Assembly: GCA_028716965.1 (NCBI GenBank)
Contig: JAQUOV010000004.1
Location: 8,377-72,376, forward strand
Reading direction: 5' to 3'
From: Candidatus Omnitrophota bacterium
GTDB taxonomy: Bacteria > Omnitrophota > Gorgyraeia > Gygaellales > Profunditerraquicolaceae
Length of the DNA stretch: 64,000 bases
In this document: positions 18,711 through 27,928 of the stretch, in pieces
Numbering within the stretch: position 1 is the stretch's first letter
Layout: each line of letters opens with the position of its first letter
Position numbers and translations under genes: made by a program
Notes under the pieces: generated by a model
The model's input: only the letters and a program-made list of their open reading frames with translations
Databases searched by the model: none
What the model was told of the DNA's origin: nothing

Positions 18711-19009
18711 ACCCCGCACCTTCTTTAAATTCAATAATGTACCATGCGTATCTTCTTAAAAGTAAAAAGAATGATACTTTTTATATTGGATATACAAATA
18801 ATATTGAAAGAAGGTTAAAAGATCATAGCTCCGGGATAGTTGAATATGCAGGGAAATATGTGCCTTGGGAAATAGTGTATTATGAAAGCTCTATTTCCTT
18901 GGTTGATGCTAATCAAAGGGAGAGATCTCTTAAATCTTTTGGGAGGGCATATTCAGGTTTAAAACTTAGAATTAAAAATAGCTTGAATAAGAAAGAAGGT
19001 GCGGGGTGA
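18707..19009 (+). mobile_element. Family A full-length element: GIY-YIG gene bounded by 16-bp perfect inverted repeats
   Basis: ACCCCGCACCTTCTTT (18711-18726) / AAAGAAGGTGCGGGGT (18992-19007); same termini as five gene-less copies. Confidence 0.8.
18737..19009 (+). CDS. Small GIY-YIG nuclease (UPF0213/YhbQ-like)
   Basis: YHAYLL...FYIGYTNNIERRLKDH...PWEIVYYE...ANQRERSLK; the start may instead be ATG 18707. Confidence 0.9.
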   Translation: MYHAYLLKSKKNDTFYIGYTNNIERRLKDHSSGIVEYAGKYVPWEIVYYESSISLVDANQRERSLKSFGRAYSGLKLRIKNSLNKKEGAG

Positions 19010-19473
19010 AGTGTCCGTTTTGCGGATATAAAGAGGATAAGGTCGTGGACTCCCGCGCTACAGCCGAAGAATCGGCAGTCAGGCGCAGAAGGGAATGCCT
19101 GAAATGCGGCAAGCGTTTCACTACTTATGAGTATGTTGAAGAGGTCTCTTTGTTAGTGATCAAGAAAGACGGCCGCAGGGAGGCCTTTGACCGTAAAAAG
19201 ATCTTAGCCGGTATAATCCGCGCCTGCGAAAAGCGTCCGGTGAGCGTGGAAAAGATGGAAGGGGTAGTTGTCCAGGTTGAGCATGCCATCCAGAAGAAAA
19301 GTGACCGCGAGGTTTTGTCCAGCAGGATAGGGGAGCTGGTTATGGAGAAGCTTAAGCAGATTGATGATGTTGCTTATGTGCGCTTTGCCTCGGTCTATAG
19401 GCAGTTTAAGGACGTGGGGCAGTTTATGGTGGAGTTGAGGGATATTTTGGGCAAAGATAAGAAGAAGAAATAG
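19006..19473 (+). CDS. nrdR: Transcriptional repressor NrdR
   Basis: KCPFC..DKVVDSR..RRRRECLKCGKRFTTYE, ATP-cone, VAYVRFASVY. Confidence 0.97.
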   Translation: MKCPFCGYKEDKVVDSRATAEESAVRRRRECLKCGKRFTTYEYVEEVSLLVIKKDGRREAFDRKKILAGIIRACEKRPVSVEKMEGVVVQVEHAIQKKSDREVLSSRIGELVMEKLKQIDDVAYVRFASVYRQFKDVGQFMVELRDILGKDKKKK

Positions 19474-19476
19474 GCG

Positions 19477-19547
19477 GTTAGCGGGTCCTGGCGAGGCTTG
19501 TTTTCGCCGCGCACCGCGACTCAAATCAAGCCTCGCCACCCGCTAAC
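19477..19547. repeat. Family D palindromic repeat, copy 2
   Basis: GTTAGCGGGT...ACCCGCTAAC; core shared with 7894-7974. Confidence 0.85.
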
Positions 19548-19587
19548 TATATTTCTTGTCTTTCCCTAAAACATAGAGGAGCCGGTA

Positions 19588-20001
19588 ATGGTTGAGATGG
19601 AGTTGAATAAGATTGTAATTGACGAGAAACGGCATGACCAGTTGATTGTTTTGAAAGAAAAAGGCGGCACGCGGGTTTTGCCGATCGTCATCGGCCTAAA
19701 TGAGGCCTCGGCCATAAAATTAAAGATCAGCGGGTTCAACCCGCCGCGGCCCCTTACGCACGATTTAATTTATACGATGCTTAAGGATTTAAACGCGGAT
19801 GTGGAGAAGGTGATTATCGATAAGCTGGAAGATACCACCTTTCATGCCAAGATCTTTATTAAAACCGGCAGCGGAGATTCAAGGATCATTGATGCCCGCC
19901 CTTCGGATAGCGTGGCTTTGGCAGTGAGGTTCCATGCTCCGATTTTTGTAGAAGATGAGATCGTCAGGCAGTTTGAGTTGTTTGATAAAGATAAGCAGTA
20001 A
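19588..20001 (+). CDS. Bifunctional nuclease family (DUF151)
   Basis: LPIVIGLNEA, RPLTHDL, IDARPSDSVALA. Confidence 0.92.
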   Translation: MVEMELNKIVIDEKRHDQLIVLKEKGGTRVLPIVIGLNEASAIKLKISGFNPPRPLTHDLIYTMLKDLNADVEKVIIDKLEDTTFHAKIFIKTGSGDSRIIDARPSDSVALAVRFHAPIFVEDEIVRQFELFDKDKQ

Positions 20002-20028
20002 AATACCCCACCTTAAATCTTAACGCTT

Positions 20029-21477
20029 ATGGAGCTTGGATTTAACGAGAAAGATAAAAGTATTTTAAGGCCGGTTTATGATTTTGCCAAAACCAGGAAG
20101 GTAAAATTATACCTTGTGGGCGGGGCGCTGCGCGATTTAATCTTAAGACGCCGGAAGAGTAATCCGGATTTTGATTTTTGCCTGTGCCGCGGGGCGATAA
20201 ATTTCGGCCGTAAGTTAGCCGCGAAACTAAGGGCAGGATTTGTAGTCCTGGATGAGGAGCACGCTGCCTGCCGGCTGGTAAAGAAGATCGGCGATAAGGT
20301 TTATACTTTTGATTTTACGGATTTCCGCGCCAGGACCCTGGAAAAAGACCTTTTGCACCGGGATTTTACCATAAACTCCATGGCCGTGGAGTTTAAAGAT
20401 GTCTTTAGCGGAGAAGATTTAAGCACATTAATTATTGATCCTTATTCCGGCAGGCAGGATATTAAGCGCAAGATCATCCGTGCCTGCGGCAGCAACTCTT
20501 TCAAAGAAGACCCTTTGCGGATCCTGCGCGCTTTTAGCTTTAGCTGTATGCTGGATTTTGCCCTGGATAAAGAAACATTGCGCCTGGCAAAAAAAGATAA
20601 ACATTTGATCAGCGATGTATCAAGCGAGCGCATCCGGGAAGAGTTATTCAAGATCTTTGACAGCCTTACGGCCGGTGCTTCTTTAGCTGTGTTGGACAAG
20701 CTTAAGATTTTAGAGATTATTTTCCCCGAGATAAAGCCCATGCGCGGTATCGGCCAGGGGCCTTATCATCACCTGGACGTCTGGCAGCATACCCTGGAGA
20801 CCTTAAGCCAGTTTGAGTTATTATTGAGCTCCTTTAAACAGAACCCTGAAATAAGCAAGTATCTGGAAGAGGAGGTCGCCGGACAGCGCAAAAGGTCAAG
20901 CCTTTTGAAGCTGGCCTGTATTTTGCACGATGTAGGTAAGCCGAAAGCCTTGCGCAGGGAAAAGGGCAAGATTATCTTCCATGGCCATGAAAGAATAGGC
21001 CTGGGAATAACCCGTATGATTTCCCGCAGGCTGAAGTTATCCAATGACGAAACCCGCTCCCTGGAAAGGATTGTACTCTGGCATTTAAGGCCGGGATACC
21101 TGGCGGACTGCATTCGGCCGACTGAGCGGGCGATCTTCAGGTATTTTCGCGATACCGGGGATGATGCCCTGGCAGTGCTTTTGTTATCGCTGGCTGACCA
21201 GCGTGCTACCAAAGGCCCGCTGACCACAGCGCTTTCGCGCGTACGCCATGAGAAAACAACAAAGGCGTTAATTAAAAGGCTGTTAAAACAAAAAGACGAA
21301 AAGGAATTAACCCGCCTTTTAAACGGCAATGACCTGATGCGTAAATTCAAATTAATGCCTTCGCCGCTGATCGGCAAAGTGCTCGCGGGCCTGGAGGAGG
21401 CGCAGGCCATCGGCAGGATTAAGAATAAAGAGCAGGCTTTTAAACTGGCAGCTTCCATAATTAAACAAAAAAAATGA
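20029..21477 (+). CDS. CCA-adding enzyme / poly(A) polymerase family nucleotidyltransferase with HD domain
   Basis: LVGGALRD, DFDF, RDFTINSMA, EDPLRILRA, HHLDVWQH, LHDVGKP. Confidence 0.92.
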   Translation: MELGFNEKDKSILRPVYDFAKTRKVKLYLVGGALRDLILRRRKSNPDFDFCLCRGAINFGRKLAAKLRAGFVVLDEEHAACRLVKKIGDKVYTFDFTDFRARTLEKDLLHRDFTINSMAVEFKDVFSGEDLSTLIIDPYSGRQDIKRKIIRACGSNSFKEDPLRILRAFSFSCMLDFALDKETLRLAKKDKHLISDVSSERIREELFKIFDSLTAGASLAVLDKLKILEIIFPEIKPMRGIGQGPYHHLDVWQHTLETLSQFELLLSSFKQNPEISKYLEEEVAGQRKRSSLLKLACILHDVGKPKALRREKGKIIFHGHERIGLGITRMISRRLKLSNDETRSLERIVLWHLRPGYLADCIRPTERAIFRYFRDTGDDALAVLLLSLADQRATKGPLTTALSRVRHEKTTKALIKRLLKQKDEKELTRLLNGNDLMRKFKLMPSPLIGKVLAGLEEAQAIGRIKNKEQAFKLAASIIKQKK

Positions 21478-23969
21478 AGAAGTTCATCATAATCGCCTTA
21501 ATCCTGCTTCTGCTTGTTTTTGCGGGGGCCGTGTATCTGAACGCTTTTTTCCTCCCCGGAAAGATAAAATCCATCATTGTCTCCACTTTGGCCCAGAAAA
21601 CAGGCAAGAATGTTACTCTTAGGTCTGTAGAGTTTAATATATTCAAAGGGCTGGTGCTGCGCGACCTGTCCATCTCAGACAACCAGCAGGTAATTGTAAG
21701 CGCCCGCCAGGCAAACTGCGTTATTTTCATCTGGCCTGTCTTTAAAAAGAAGATTATTATCCCCAGTATAAGCCTTAAAAGCCCGTATATATTTTTGGAG
21801 CGCAGAAAGGACGGTTCTTTTAACCTCCAGGATATTTTTGCCTCTGGCCCTGCGCTTGTAAAGTTGCCTGAAGCAAAGGAATCTAAATCAGGGAACTCCC
21901 AATTCAGCGTATCGGTTTACAGGATAAATATATCTTCCGGAACTATTGTTTTCCAGGATGATACCCCGGCAGTTCAGTTCAAGAAAGAGATAAACAATAT
22001 CCAGCTTAGCGTTGGCCTTGCTCTGCCGGTAAGCGTAAAGTTTAATTTTAAAGGGGACCTCGTTAATAACTCCGCGCCTTCTGCCCCTGCCGCCGGCTCT
22101 GTTTATGCCTGGGGAGAATACAGGATTTTAGGCCGAAAGCTATCCGCTAATTTATCGGCCAATAACCTGCTGCCCGCTGATTTCAAGCCTTATTACGGTA
22201 ATCTTGGTTTGGATTTGCTTTCGGGTACAGTTGACGCGCAGGCAAAAATAAATCTTAGGGAACAGGTCTTGCATATTGAGACAACCGCCAAAGCTGCCAA
22301 GCTGATTTTTGCGAAGAATAAGGTCACTGCCAGTTTAAACCTGGGCCTGGAAACCAAGGTCAATTATAACCTGCAGTCTAAAAAGGTTTCTTTTGACGGT
22401 AATTGCGATATCCGGCAGGCCGATATAAGCGGTTTGGATTTCTTCGGGGAACTGAAAAATCTTTATGGAAAAATTTCTTTTAACGAGCGTTCTTTGGTGG
22501 CCCAGGGTTTAAAGGCGGAAGTTTTAGGTATCCCATTTGAGGTTAACCTGGGGATCAAAGATTTTAACACTTGGGCCTTGAATATAAGCACTAATTTGAG
22601 CTTAAGCTTTCTGCCGGAGATCGCAAAGGAGAAATTTAATTTTACAAATGTGAACTCCGCGCTGGGCAAGGCGGAGTTGTTTGTTAAACTGCATCCGGAC
22701 GGAAAAGGCGGCTGGGCAATACAAGGTAAAGTGGATATCGCAGAGGCAGGCCTGAAATTTTCCCGGCAGGACGTGCCGGTAGAGAATATTTTCGCCACCT
22801 TTGAATTCAGCCAGCAGGGATTCAGCTGGTCGGAGACAAGATTTAAATATCAGGGGGTGGATTACCAGAGCAGCGGTGAGCTGTCTGACTTCTCCGCGCC
22901 TAAGGTAAGGATGCAGTTGTCTTCGCGGAGTTTATCCGTGGCCACTGTTTTTGAGATTGTTGGTAAGAAGATCAAGATTACCCAGGCCAAAGGTAAATAC
23001 CTTAATTCCCAGTTTCTCATCAGCGGCGATATTGATAATTCCGATCCTGCCGCACCGCAGGTGGATGTTGACGGAAAAGTTAACCTGGACCTGGGGGATT
23101 TAAGCGCGGCATGGGAGAAGAAATATCCTGCCATAAAGAATATGCAGCCAAAAGGCCAGCTGGATGCGCAGTTTAATCTGAACGGGCGGGTCCATGATAT
23201 CAAGAGTTGTTCTATCCAGGCAAAATTGTCCAGCAATAACATTTCTTTGCATGGTTTAAGCGCAAGCCAGTTCATGCTGGATTACCTGCAAGAGCAGAAG
23301 ATAGCCAGGGTAACTTCAATAGGCGCCGTTTTTTACGACGGGACAATTAACGGCAGCGCATCGCTTAACCTTGATTCGGATAATTTGCCGTATCATATAG
23401 AGCTGGCGGCAGAGGGAGTAAGGCTTGAGAAGCTGAAGCAGGATACATCATCCAGGAATAAAAATATCTCCGGTGTTTTGCGCGGGGAAATTAAACTTAA
23501 CGGTTTCTCCGGGGATTTGAATAAACTTAGCGGCTCGGGTGATTTTTCCGTCAAAGAAGGCAGGCTCTGGGAGTTGAATTTACTCCAGGGAGTGGGAAAG
23601 CTGTTATTTGCCAAGGACCTGGCAAGTATTGAGCTTTCGGAATGCGCATGCGCATTCCTGGTAAAAAGCGGCTTTGCTTATACGGATAACCTGAAGCTAA
23701 AGGGAAATGTCGCCGAACTTGCCGGGCCATTCAAGATCGGTTTTAACGGTTCCCTTGACGCAGCTTTAGAGGTGGATATCTTAAGCGAGATGGTGCCTTT
23801 AAGCGGTACGTTAAAGGATATTACTACCGCATTTATGGGCAAGGTGGGTAAAATCGGCGTAATTAAATTAAGCGGCTCGCTAAGTGAACCAAAATATTCC
23901 TTCCGGCCGGCTGTAACCAATATTATTAAAGGCCTTACCGATGTTTTTTTTGGTAAGAAGCCCCAATAA
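21474..23969 (+). CDS. AsmA-like / DUF748 envelope lipid-transport protein
   Basis: N-terminal TM anchor, ERRKDGSFN motif, beta-rich repeats, C-terminal 'IKLSGSLSEPKY'. Confidence 0.75.
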   Translation: MKKFIIIALILLLLVFAGAVYLNAFFLPGKIKSIIVSTLAQKTGKNVTLRSVEFNIFKGLVLRDLSISDNQQVIVSARQANCVIFIWPVFKKKIIIPSISLKSPYIFLERRKDGSFNLQDIFASGPALVKLPEAKESKSGNSQFSVSVYRINISSGTIVFQDDTPAVQFKKEINNIQLSVGLALPVSVKFNFKGDLVNNSAPSAPAAGSVYAWGEYRILGRKLSANLSANNLLPADFKPYYGNLGLDLLSGTVDAQAKINLREQVLHIETTAKAAKLIFAKNKVTASLNLGLETKVNYNLQSKKVSFDGNCDIRQADISGLDFFGELKNLYGKISFNERSLVAQGLKAEVLGIPFEVNLGIKDFNTWALNISTNLSLSFLPEIAKEKFNFTNVNSALGKAELFVKLHPDGKGGWAIQGKVDIAEAGLKFSRQDVPVENIFATFEFSQQGFSWSETRFKYQGVDYQSSGELSDFSAPKVRMQLSSRSLSVATVFEIVGKKIKITQAKGKYLNSQFLISGDIDNSDPAAPQVDVDGKVNLDLGDLSAAWEKKYPAIKNMQPKGQLDAQFNLNGRVHDIKSCSIQAKLSSNNISLHGLSASQFMLDYLQEQKIARVTSIGAVFYDGTINGSASLNLDSDNLPYHIELAAEGVRLEKLKQDTSSRNKNISGVLRGEIKLNGFSGDLNKLSGSGDFSVKEGRLWELNLLQGVGKLLFAKDLASIELSECACAFLVKSGFAYTDNLKLKGNVAELAGPFKIGFNGSLDAALEVDILSEMVPLSGTLKDITTAFMGKVGKIGVIKLSGSLSEPKYSFRPAVTNIIKGLTDVFFGKKPQ

Positions 23970-24001
23970 TTAGAAAAGAGAGGGGTAGCATCCGGGTATA
24001 A

Positions 24002-24928
24002 ATGCAAGAGTCCAGGTTGATTTTATTCGCGTTGTTTATTGGCTTATTCAGCCAGGCCCATCTTTATGATGTATACGCAGAAGAATCCGGTGCTGCGGTA
24101 AAGTCCGTCTATCGCCAGAAGCTCGGACAGGTTATAGAGGTAAAAAAGGAGGAGCTTCCTTGTGAACTGGACAGCTATGTGCGTTATATGCCCTCACAAC
24201 AGGCCCGTGCCCAATCAGGTAAAGTAGCAGTTACGGATTCAGCCTCCGAATTCAGTTATGATGTCAAAATTTTCGGTAAATTGCCGGTGGAGCTGGCGGT
24301 TGGGTCAAGATATATAGGGATAAACAATACAACTGACATAAAGTTTCCGGCGCGCTTGACCCAGTTATCGGTAGGCGCTGAAACCGTCCTGCCGTTCTTT
24401 TTTAATAAGACTTATTTTGTCCTGGGGTTTGCCCCGTCGTTTTACAGTGATAATTGGAATCTTAATTCTTCCTCTTTCCGCATCCCGCAGCGTTACTTCC
24501 TTATTTATCAGCCGGACCAGAAATGGACTTTTATCTGCGGTGTGGGTGTGTATCCGGATTTTAAGGATGTGGTCATACCGATCCTGGGTTTTATCTATAA
24601 GCCTGACTCCAGGCTTACCTTTAATATTGTCCCCAATAAGCCGGAGATCACTTATGATCTAAGCGATAAATTAACCCTGTTTTTTGAAGGGGAAATATCG
24701 GAAGATGAGTTTGAGGTGGACAAGGATAACCTGAAAAATGTGGTGCTTGAATACAATGAAATGCATTTAGGCGCGGGGGTTAAATACCGGGTCAATAAAT
24801 ATATCCAAAGCTCAATCTCCGCCGGATGCGTATTCAACCGTTCCATTAAATACCGGCACGAGGAGCTGGGCAAGGCAGGAATTAAAAACGGCTTATATAC
24901 TGAATTGCGCCTGGATATATCAATATGA
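24002..24928 (+). CDS. Putative outer-membrane beta-barrel protein
   Basis: Signal peptide, alternating amphipathic strands, PILGFIYKP motif. Confidence 0.65.
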   Translation: MQESRLILFALFIGLFSQAHLYDVYAEESGAAVKSVYRQKLGQVIEVKKEELPCELDSYVRYMPSQQARAQSGKVAVTDSASEFSYDVKIFGKLPVELAVGSRYIGINNTTDIKFPARLTQLSVGAETVLPFFFNKTYFVLGFAPSFYSDNWNLNSSSFRIPQRYFLIYQPDQKWTFICGVGVYPDFKDVVIPILGFIYKPDSRLTFNIVPNKPEITYDLSDKLTLFFEGEISEDEFEVDKDNLKNVVLEYNEMHLGAGVKYRVNKYIQSSISAGCVFNRSIKYRHEELGKAGIKNGLYTELRLDISI

Positions 24929-25578
24929 GCGTAAATAAAATATTAAAGACTTTAAGATTAATTGAAGCTCAGGTCAAAGATTATATCATCCCTTCGGTTA
25001 CCCGGGTTTCTAAAAGCAAAGACCCTTACCGCGTCTTAATCTCCTGCCTGCTTTCGCTGCGCACAAAAGACAAAACTACGATTAATGCCAGCCAAAGATT
25101 GTTTAAGGTTGCGGACAGCCCGGAAAGTATGCTAAAATTAACTGTTGGAAAACTCCGGAGGTTGATCTACCCTGTAGGTTTTTACCGCAATAAAAGCAAG
25201 GTAATCTTAAGTTTAAGCAGGAGGTTAATTGAGGAATATTCCGGCAAGGTCCCGGGCTCATTGCATGCCCTTTTAGGGTTAAACGGCGTAGGCAGGAAAA
25301 CAGCTAACCTGGTTTTAGGTTTGGGTTTTGGTATCCCGGCAATCTGCGTGGATACGCATGTGCACAGGATATCAAACCGTCTGGGCTGGGTAAGCACAAA
25401 TAATCCTGAAGAGACAGAACTTGCCCTGCAAAAGATTATTCCCAGGGGGAAGTGGATCAAGTTAAATACCATCCTGGTAAGTTTCGGGCAGAATCTATGT
25501 TTTCCGGTTTCGCCATTTTGCAGCAGGTGCGATGTTTACGGGTTTTGTAAAAGAAGGGGCGTGGGTAAATCGCGTTAA
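24925..25578 (+). CDS. nth: Endonuclease III
   Basis: LLSLRTKD, GFYRNK, HhH LNGVGRKTANLV, VDTHVHR, C-x6-C-x2-C-x5-C. Confidence 0.95.
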   Translation: MSVNKILKTLRLIEAQVKDYIIPSVTRVSKSKDPYRVLISCLLSLRTKDKTTINASQRLFKVADSPESMLKLTVGKLRRLIYPVGFYRNKSKVILSLSRRLIEEYSGKVPGSLHALLGLNGVGRKTANLVLGLGFGIPAICVDTHVHRISNRLGWVSTNNPEETELALQKIIPRGKWIKLNTILVSFGQNLCFPVSPFCSRCDVYGFCKRRGVGKSR

Positions 25579-25584
25579 CCAAAA

Positions 25585-26319
25585 ATGAGGATGCGCTTGA
25601 TTAAAGAGGGCAGGCTTAGTAAATACAACCCGGTTGCTCTATTGCTGTTTTTCTTAAGTGTACCGGGTTTCATGCCCTGGGCAGCCGCAGACACCATTTA
25701 TTTAAAAAACGGCCGCAGCATTGAAGGGATAGTGAAGAAAGAAAATGCGGATGATATAGAGCTTGAAATCAGCTTTGGCTCAATGAAATTTCCCCAAAAG
25801 CAGATTGACCATATAGTCAGGTCTTCTCCCAGGGAGGCTGAGCTGATCAGGCAGGAGTGGGTTAAGGAAAAAATAAGAGCGCAGGAAAGGGCAAAAGAGG
25901 CGGAGTTAAGAAGGGAGTATGAGCCTAAGGAAGTAAGCGTGGATAAGCAGAGCGGGCATGTAAAGGTGACGACCACCTTGAATAATAAGGCCAAGGCCAA
26001 CCTTATCCTGGACACGGGGGCCTCCTTGGTAATATTATCAAGTAAAATAGCCAATAGCTTAGGGATAAAAGATGATGCCAATAGCCCCAGCGCAGTAGAT
26101 TTGATAATGGCAGACGGCCGCTCGGTTAGGGCAAGGATGGTCACTTTGGATTCTGTTAAGGTCCAGGATTCCGAGGTTAAGGATATTGAGGCGGCGATCA
26201 TGCCTGAAAAGGAGAGTGCCTCTATTCCCGAGGACGGCCTATTGGGTATGTCTTTTTTAAAGAAATTTAACTTTAAAATTGACCAGAAAAACGACAAATT
26301 GATATTGGAGAAATTGTAA
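25585..26319 (+). CDS. Exported clan AA (retropepsin-like) aspartic protease
   Basis: [20 protein letters not shown]; N-terminal [13 protein letters not shown] module. Confidence 0.88.
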   Translation: MRMRLIKEGRLSKYNPVALLLFFLSVPGFMPWAAADTIYLKNGRSIEGIVKKENADDIELEISFGSMKFPQKQIDHIVRSSPREAELIRQEWVKEKIRAQERAKEAELRREYEPKEVSVDKQSGHVKVTTTLNNKAKANLILDTGASLVILSSKIANSLGIKDDANSPSAVDLIMADGRSVRARMVTLDSVKVQDSEVKDIEAAIMPEKESASIPEDGLLGMSFLKKFNFKIDQKNDKLILEKL

Positions 26320-26320
26320 A

Positions 26321-26737
26321 ATGAAATCCTACACAGGCTACCTTTATTTTAATACTGCTAAAAAACAGGAGTTTATCAATATCACTGACCAGGTGGAAGA
26401 GGCCTTGCGTAAAAGCAAGATCAAAGAAGGGTTGTGTCTGGTTAACTCTATGCATATAACCGCAAGCGTTTTTATCAATGACGATGAAAGCGGGCTGCAT
26501 AAAGATTTCTCCGTCTGGCTTGAGAAGCTGGCGCCGTTTGGGAAAGACAAGTATCAGCATAATTTAACCGGCGAAGACAATGGGGACGCGCATTTGAAGC
26601 GTACGGTTATGGGCAGGGAGGTAGTGGCGGCGGTGACGGAGGGGAAACTGGATTTCGGGCCGTGGGAACAGATCTTTTACGGAGAGTTTGACGGGCAGAG
26701 GAAGAAGAGGGTGTTAATAAAAATAATAGGTGAATAA
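26321..26737 (+). CDS. yjbQ: YjbQ / UPF0047 family protein
   Basis: [29 protein letters not shown]. Confidence 0.92.
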   Translation: MKSYTGYLYFNTAKKQEFINITDQVEEALRKSKIKEGLCLVNSMHITASVFINDDESGLHKDFSVWLEKLAPFGKDKYQHNLTGEDNGDAHLKRTVMGREVVAAVTEGKLDFGPWEQIFYGEFDGQRKKRVLIKIIGE

Positions 26738-26745
26738 TTTGCGGC

Positions 26746-26881
26746 TGCTTTGGTTTGTTTTCTGTATACTGGCCTCGGGGTCCTGCCGCCGAAGTCTCCC
26801 CATTCCTGCGGGCAAGTTTGTCCTCGGAACGGGGATGCCCCTCTTTGGCGTCACCCCTCGGCAGGCAATATGAATCAAGCA
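26746..26881. repeat. GC-rich imperfect long hairpin (single copy in this window)
   Basis: GCC-TC-GGGGT / ACCCC-TC-GGC and GCCGAAG / CTTTGGC stems; intergenic. Confidence 0.55.
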
Positions 26882-26921
26882 CCTTTTATTTCTAATATTT
26901 TGATTAATACAGGAGGAATTT

Positions 26922-27851
26922 GTGAGGATAAAGAATACGGAGATTAAGGTTGTGCTGGGGGATATTACGGAGATAAGGGCGGATGCGATTGTGAATGCCG
27001 CTAACAACAAGCTGGTTATGGGCGGGGGAGTAGCCGGGGTAATTAAGAAAAAAGGCGGCAAGGTGATTGAAGAGGAGGCGCTTAAGAAGGGGCCGATAGG
27101 TATCGGAGAGGCGGTTGAGACTTCCGCCGGAGAGCTGGCGGCAAAATATGTGATTCATGCGGCGACCATGGGAATGGATTTTAAAACAGATGAAGTGATG
27201 ATCCGTAATGCCTGCAGGAGTTCCTTAAAGCTGGCCGAAGAATTGAAGATTGGTTCTGTTGTTTTTCCGGCTTTGGGGTGCGGCACAGGAGGCTTTCCGC
27301 TTTTGGCTTGCGCAAAGATTATGGCGCAGGAAGTGCTAAGACACCTGCGGGAAGAAAATACCTGTTTAGATGAGATTGTTTTCTGCCTTTATACTCAAGA
27401 TGCGTTTACGGTTTTTAATAAAGGCGTTTTAGGGTATTTGGAATACGTGACTACAAAGTTATCCTCGGGCCCGTTTGTGACGGTAGATGCGATTATTGAA
27501 TTGCCCGAGGGGATTGTAATTATCCAGCGCAGCAACCCGCCGTTTGGCTGGGCGCTTCCGGGAGGGTTTGTGGATTACGGCGAAAGCCTGGAGCAGGCGG
27601 TAAAAAGAGAGGCTAAAGAAGAAACAAACCTGGATTTAATTAACATCAAGCAATTCCGCACTTATTCAAATCCCAAGCGCGACCCAAGATTCCACACTAT
27701 CGGTACGGTATTCATTGCTAAAGCAAAAGGTAGGCCTAAGGCAGGGGATGACGCGGCAGGTTTAAAAATTATCAAACCTGCCGAGATAGAGAAGCTTGAT
27801 TTTGCTTTTGACCACAAAGACATCCTTCATGATTACCTCAAAACAAAATAG
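26922..27851 (+). CDS. Macro domain - NUDIX hydrolase fusion
   Basis: [29 protein letters not shown], then [27 protein letters not shown] and RDPRFH. Confidence 0.92.
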   Translation: MRIKNTEIKVVLGDITEIRADAIVNAANNKLVMGGGVAGVIKKKGGKVIEEEALKKGPIGIGEAVETSAGELAAKYVIHAATMGMDFKTDEVMIRNACRSSLKLAEELKIGSVVFPALGCGTGGFPLLACAKIMAQEVLRHLREENTCLDEIVFCLYTQDAFTVFNKGVLGYLEYVTTKLSSGPFVTVDAIIELPEGIVIIQRSNPPFGWALPGGFVDYGESLEQAVKREAKEETNLDLINIKQFRTYSNPKRDPRFHTIGTVFIAKAKGRPKAGDDAAGLKIIKPAEIEKLDFAFDHKDILHDYLKTK

Positions 27852-27925
27852 GGACGTTTCTTGACCCAATCGGAGAAGTGTCCCCATAGGGGACACTTCT
27901 CCCTTTAGCTTGAGAAACGTCCCTA
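27849..27925. repeat. Family E REP-like palindrome, copy 1 (between convergent genes; may also terminate transcription)
   Basis: TAGGGACGTTTCT..GGAGAAGTGTCCCC-ATA-GGGGACACTTCTCC..AGAAACGTCCCTA. Confidence 0.88.
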
Positions 27926-27928
27926 ATA

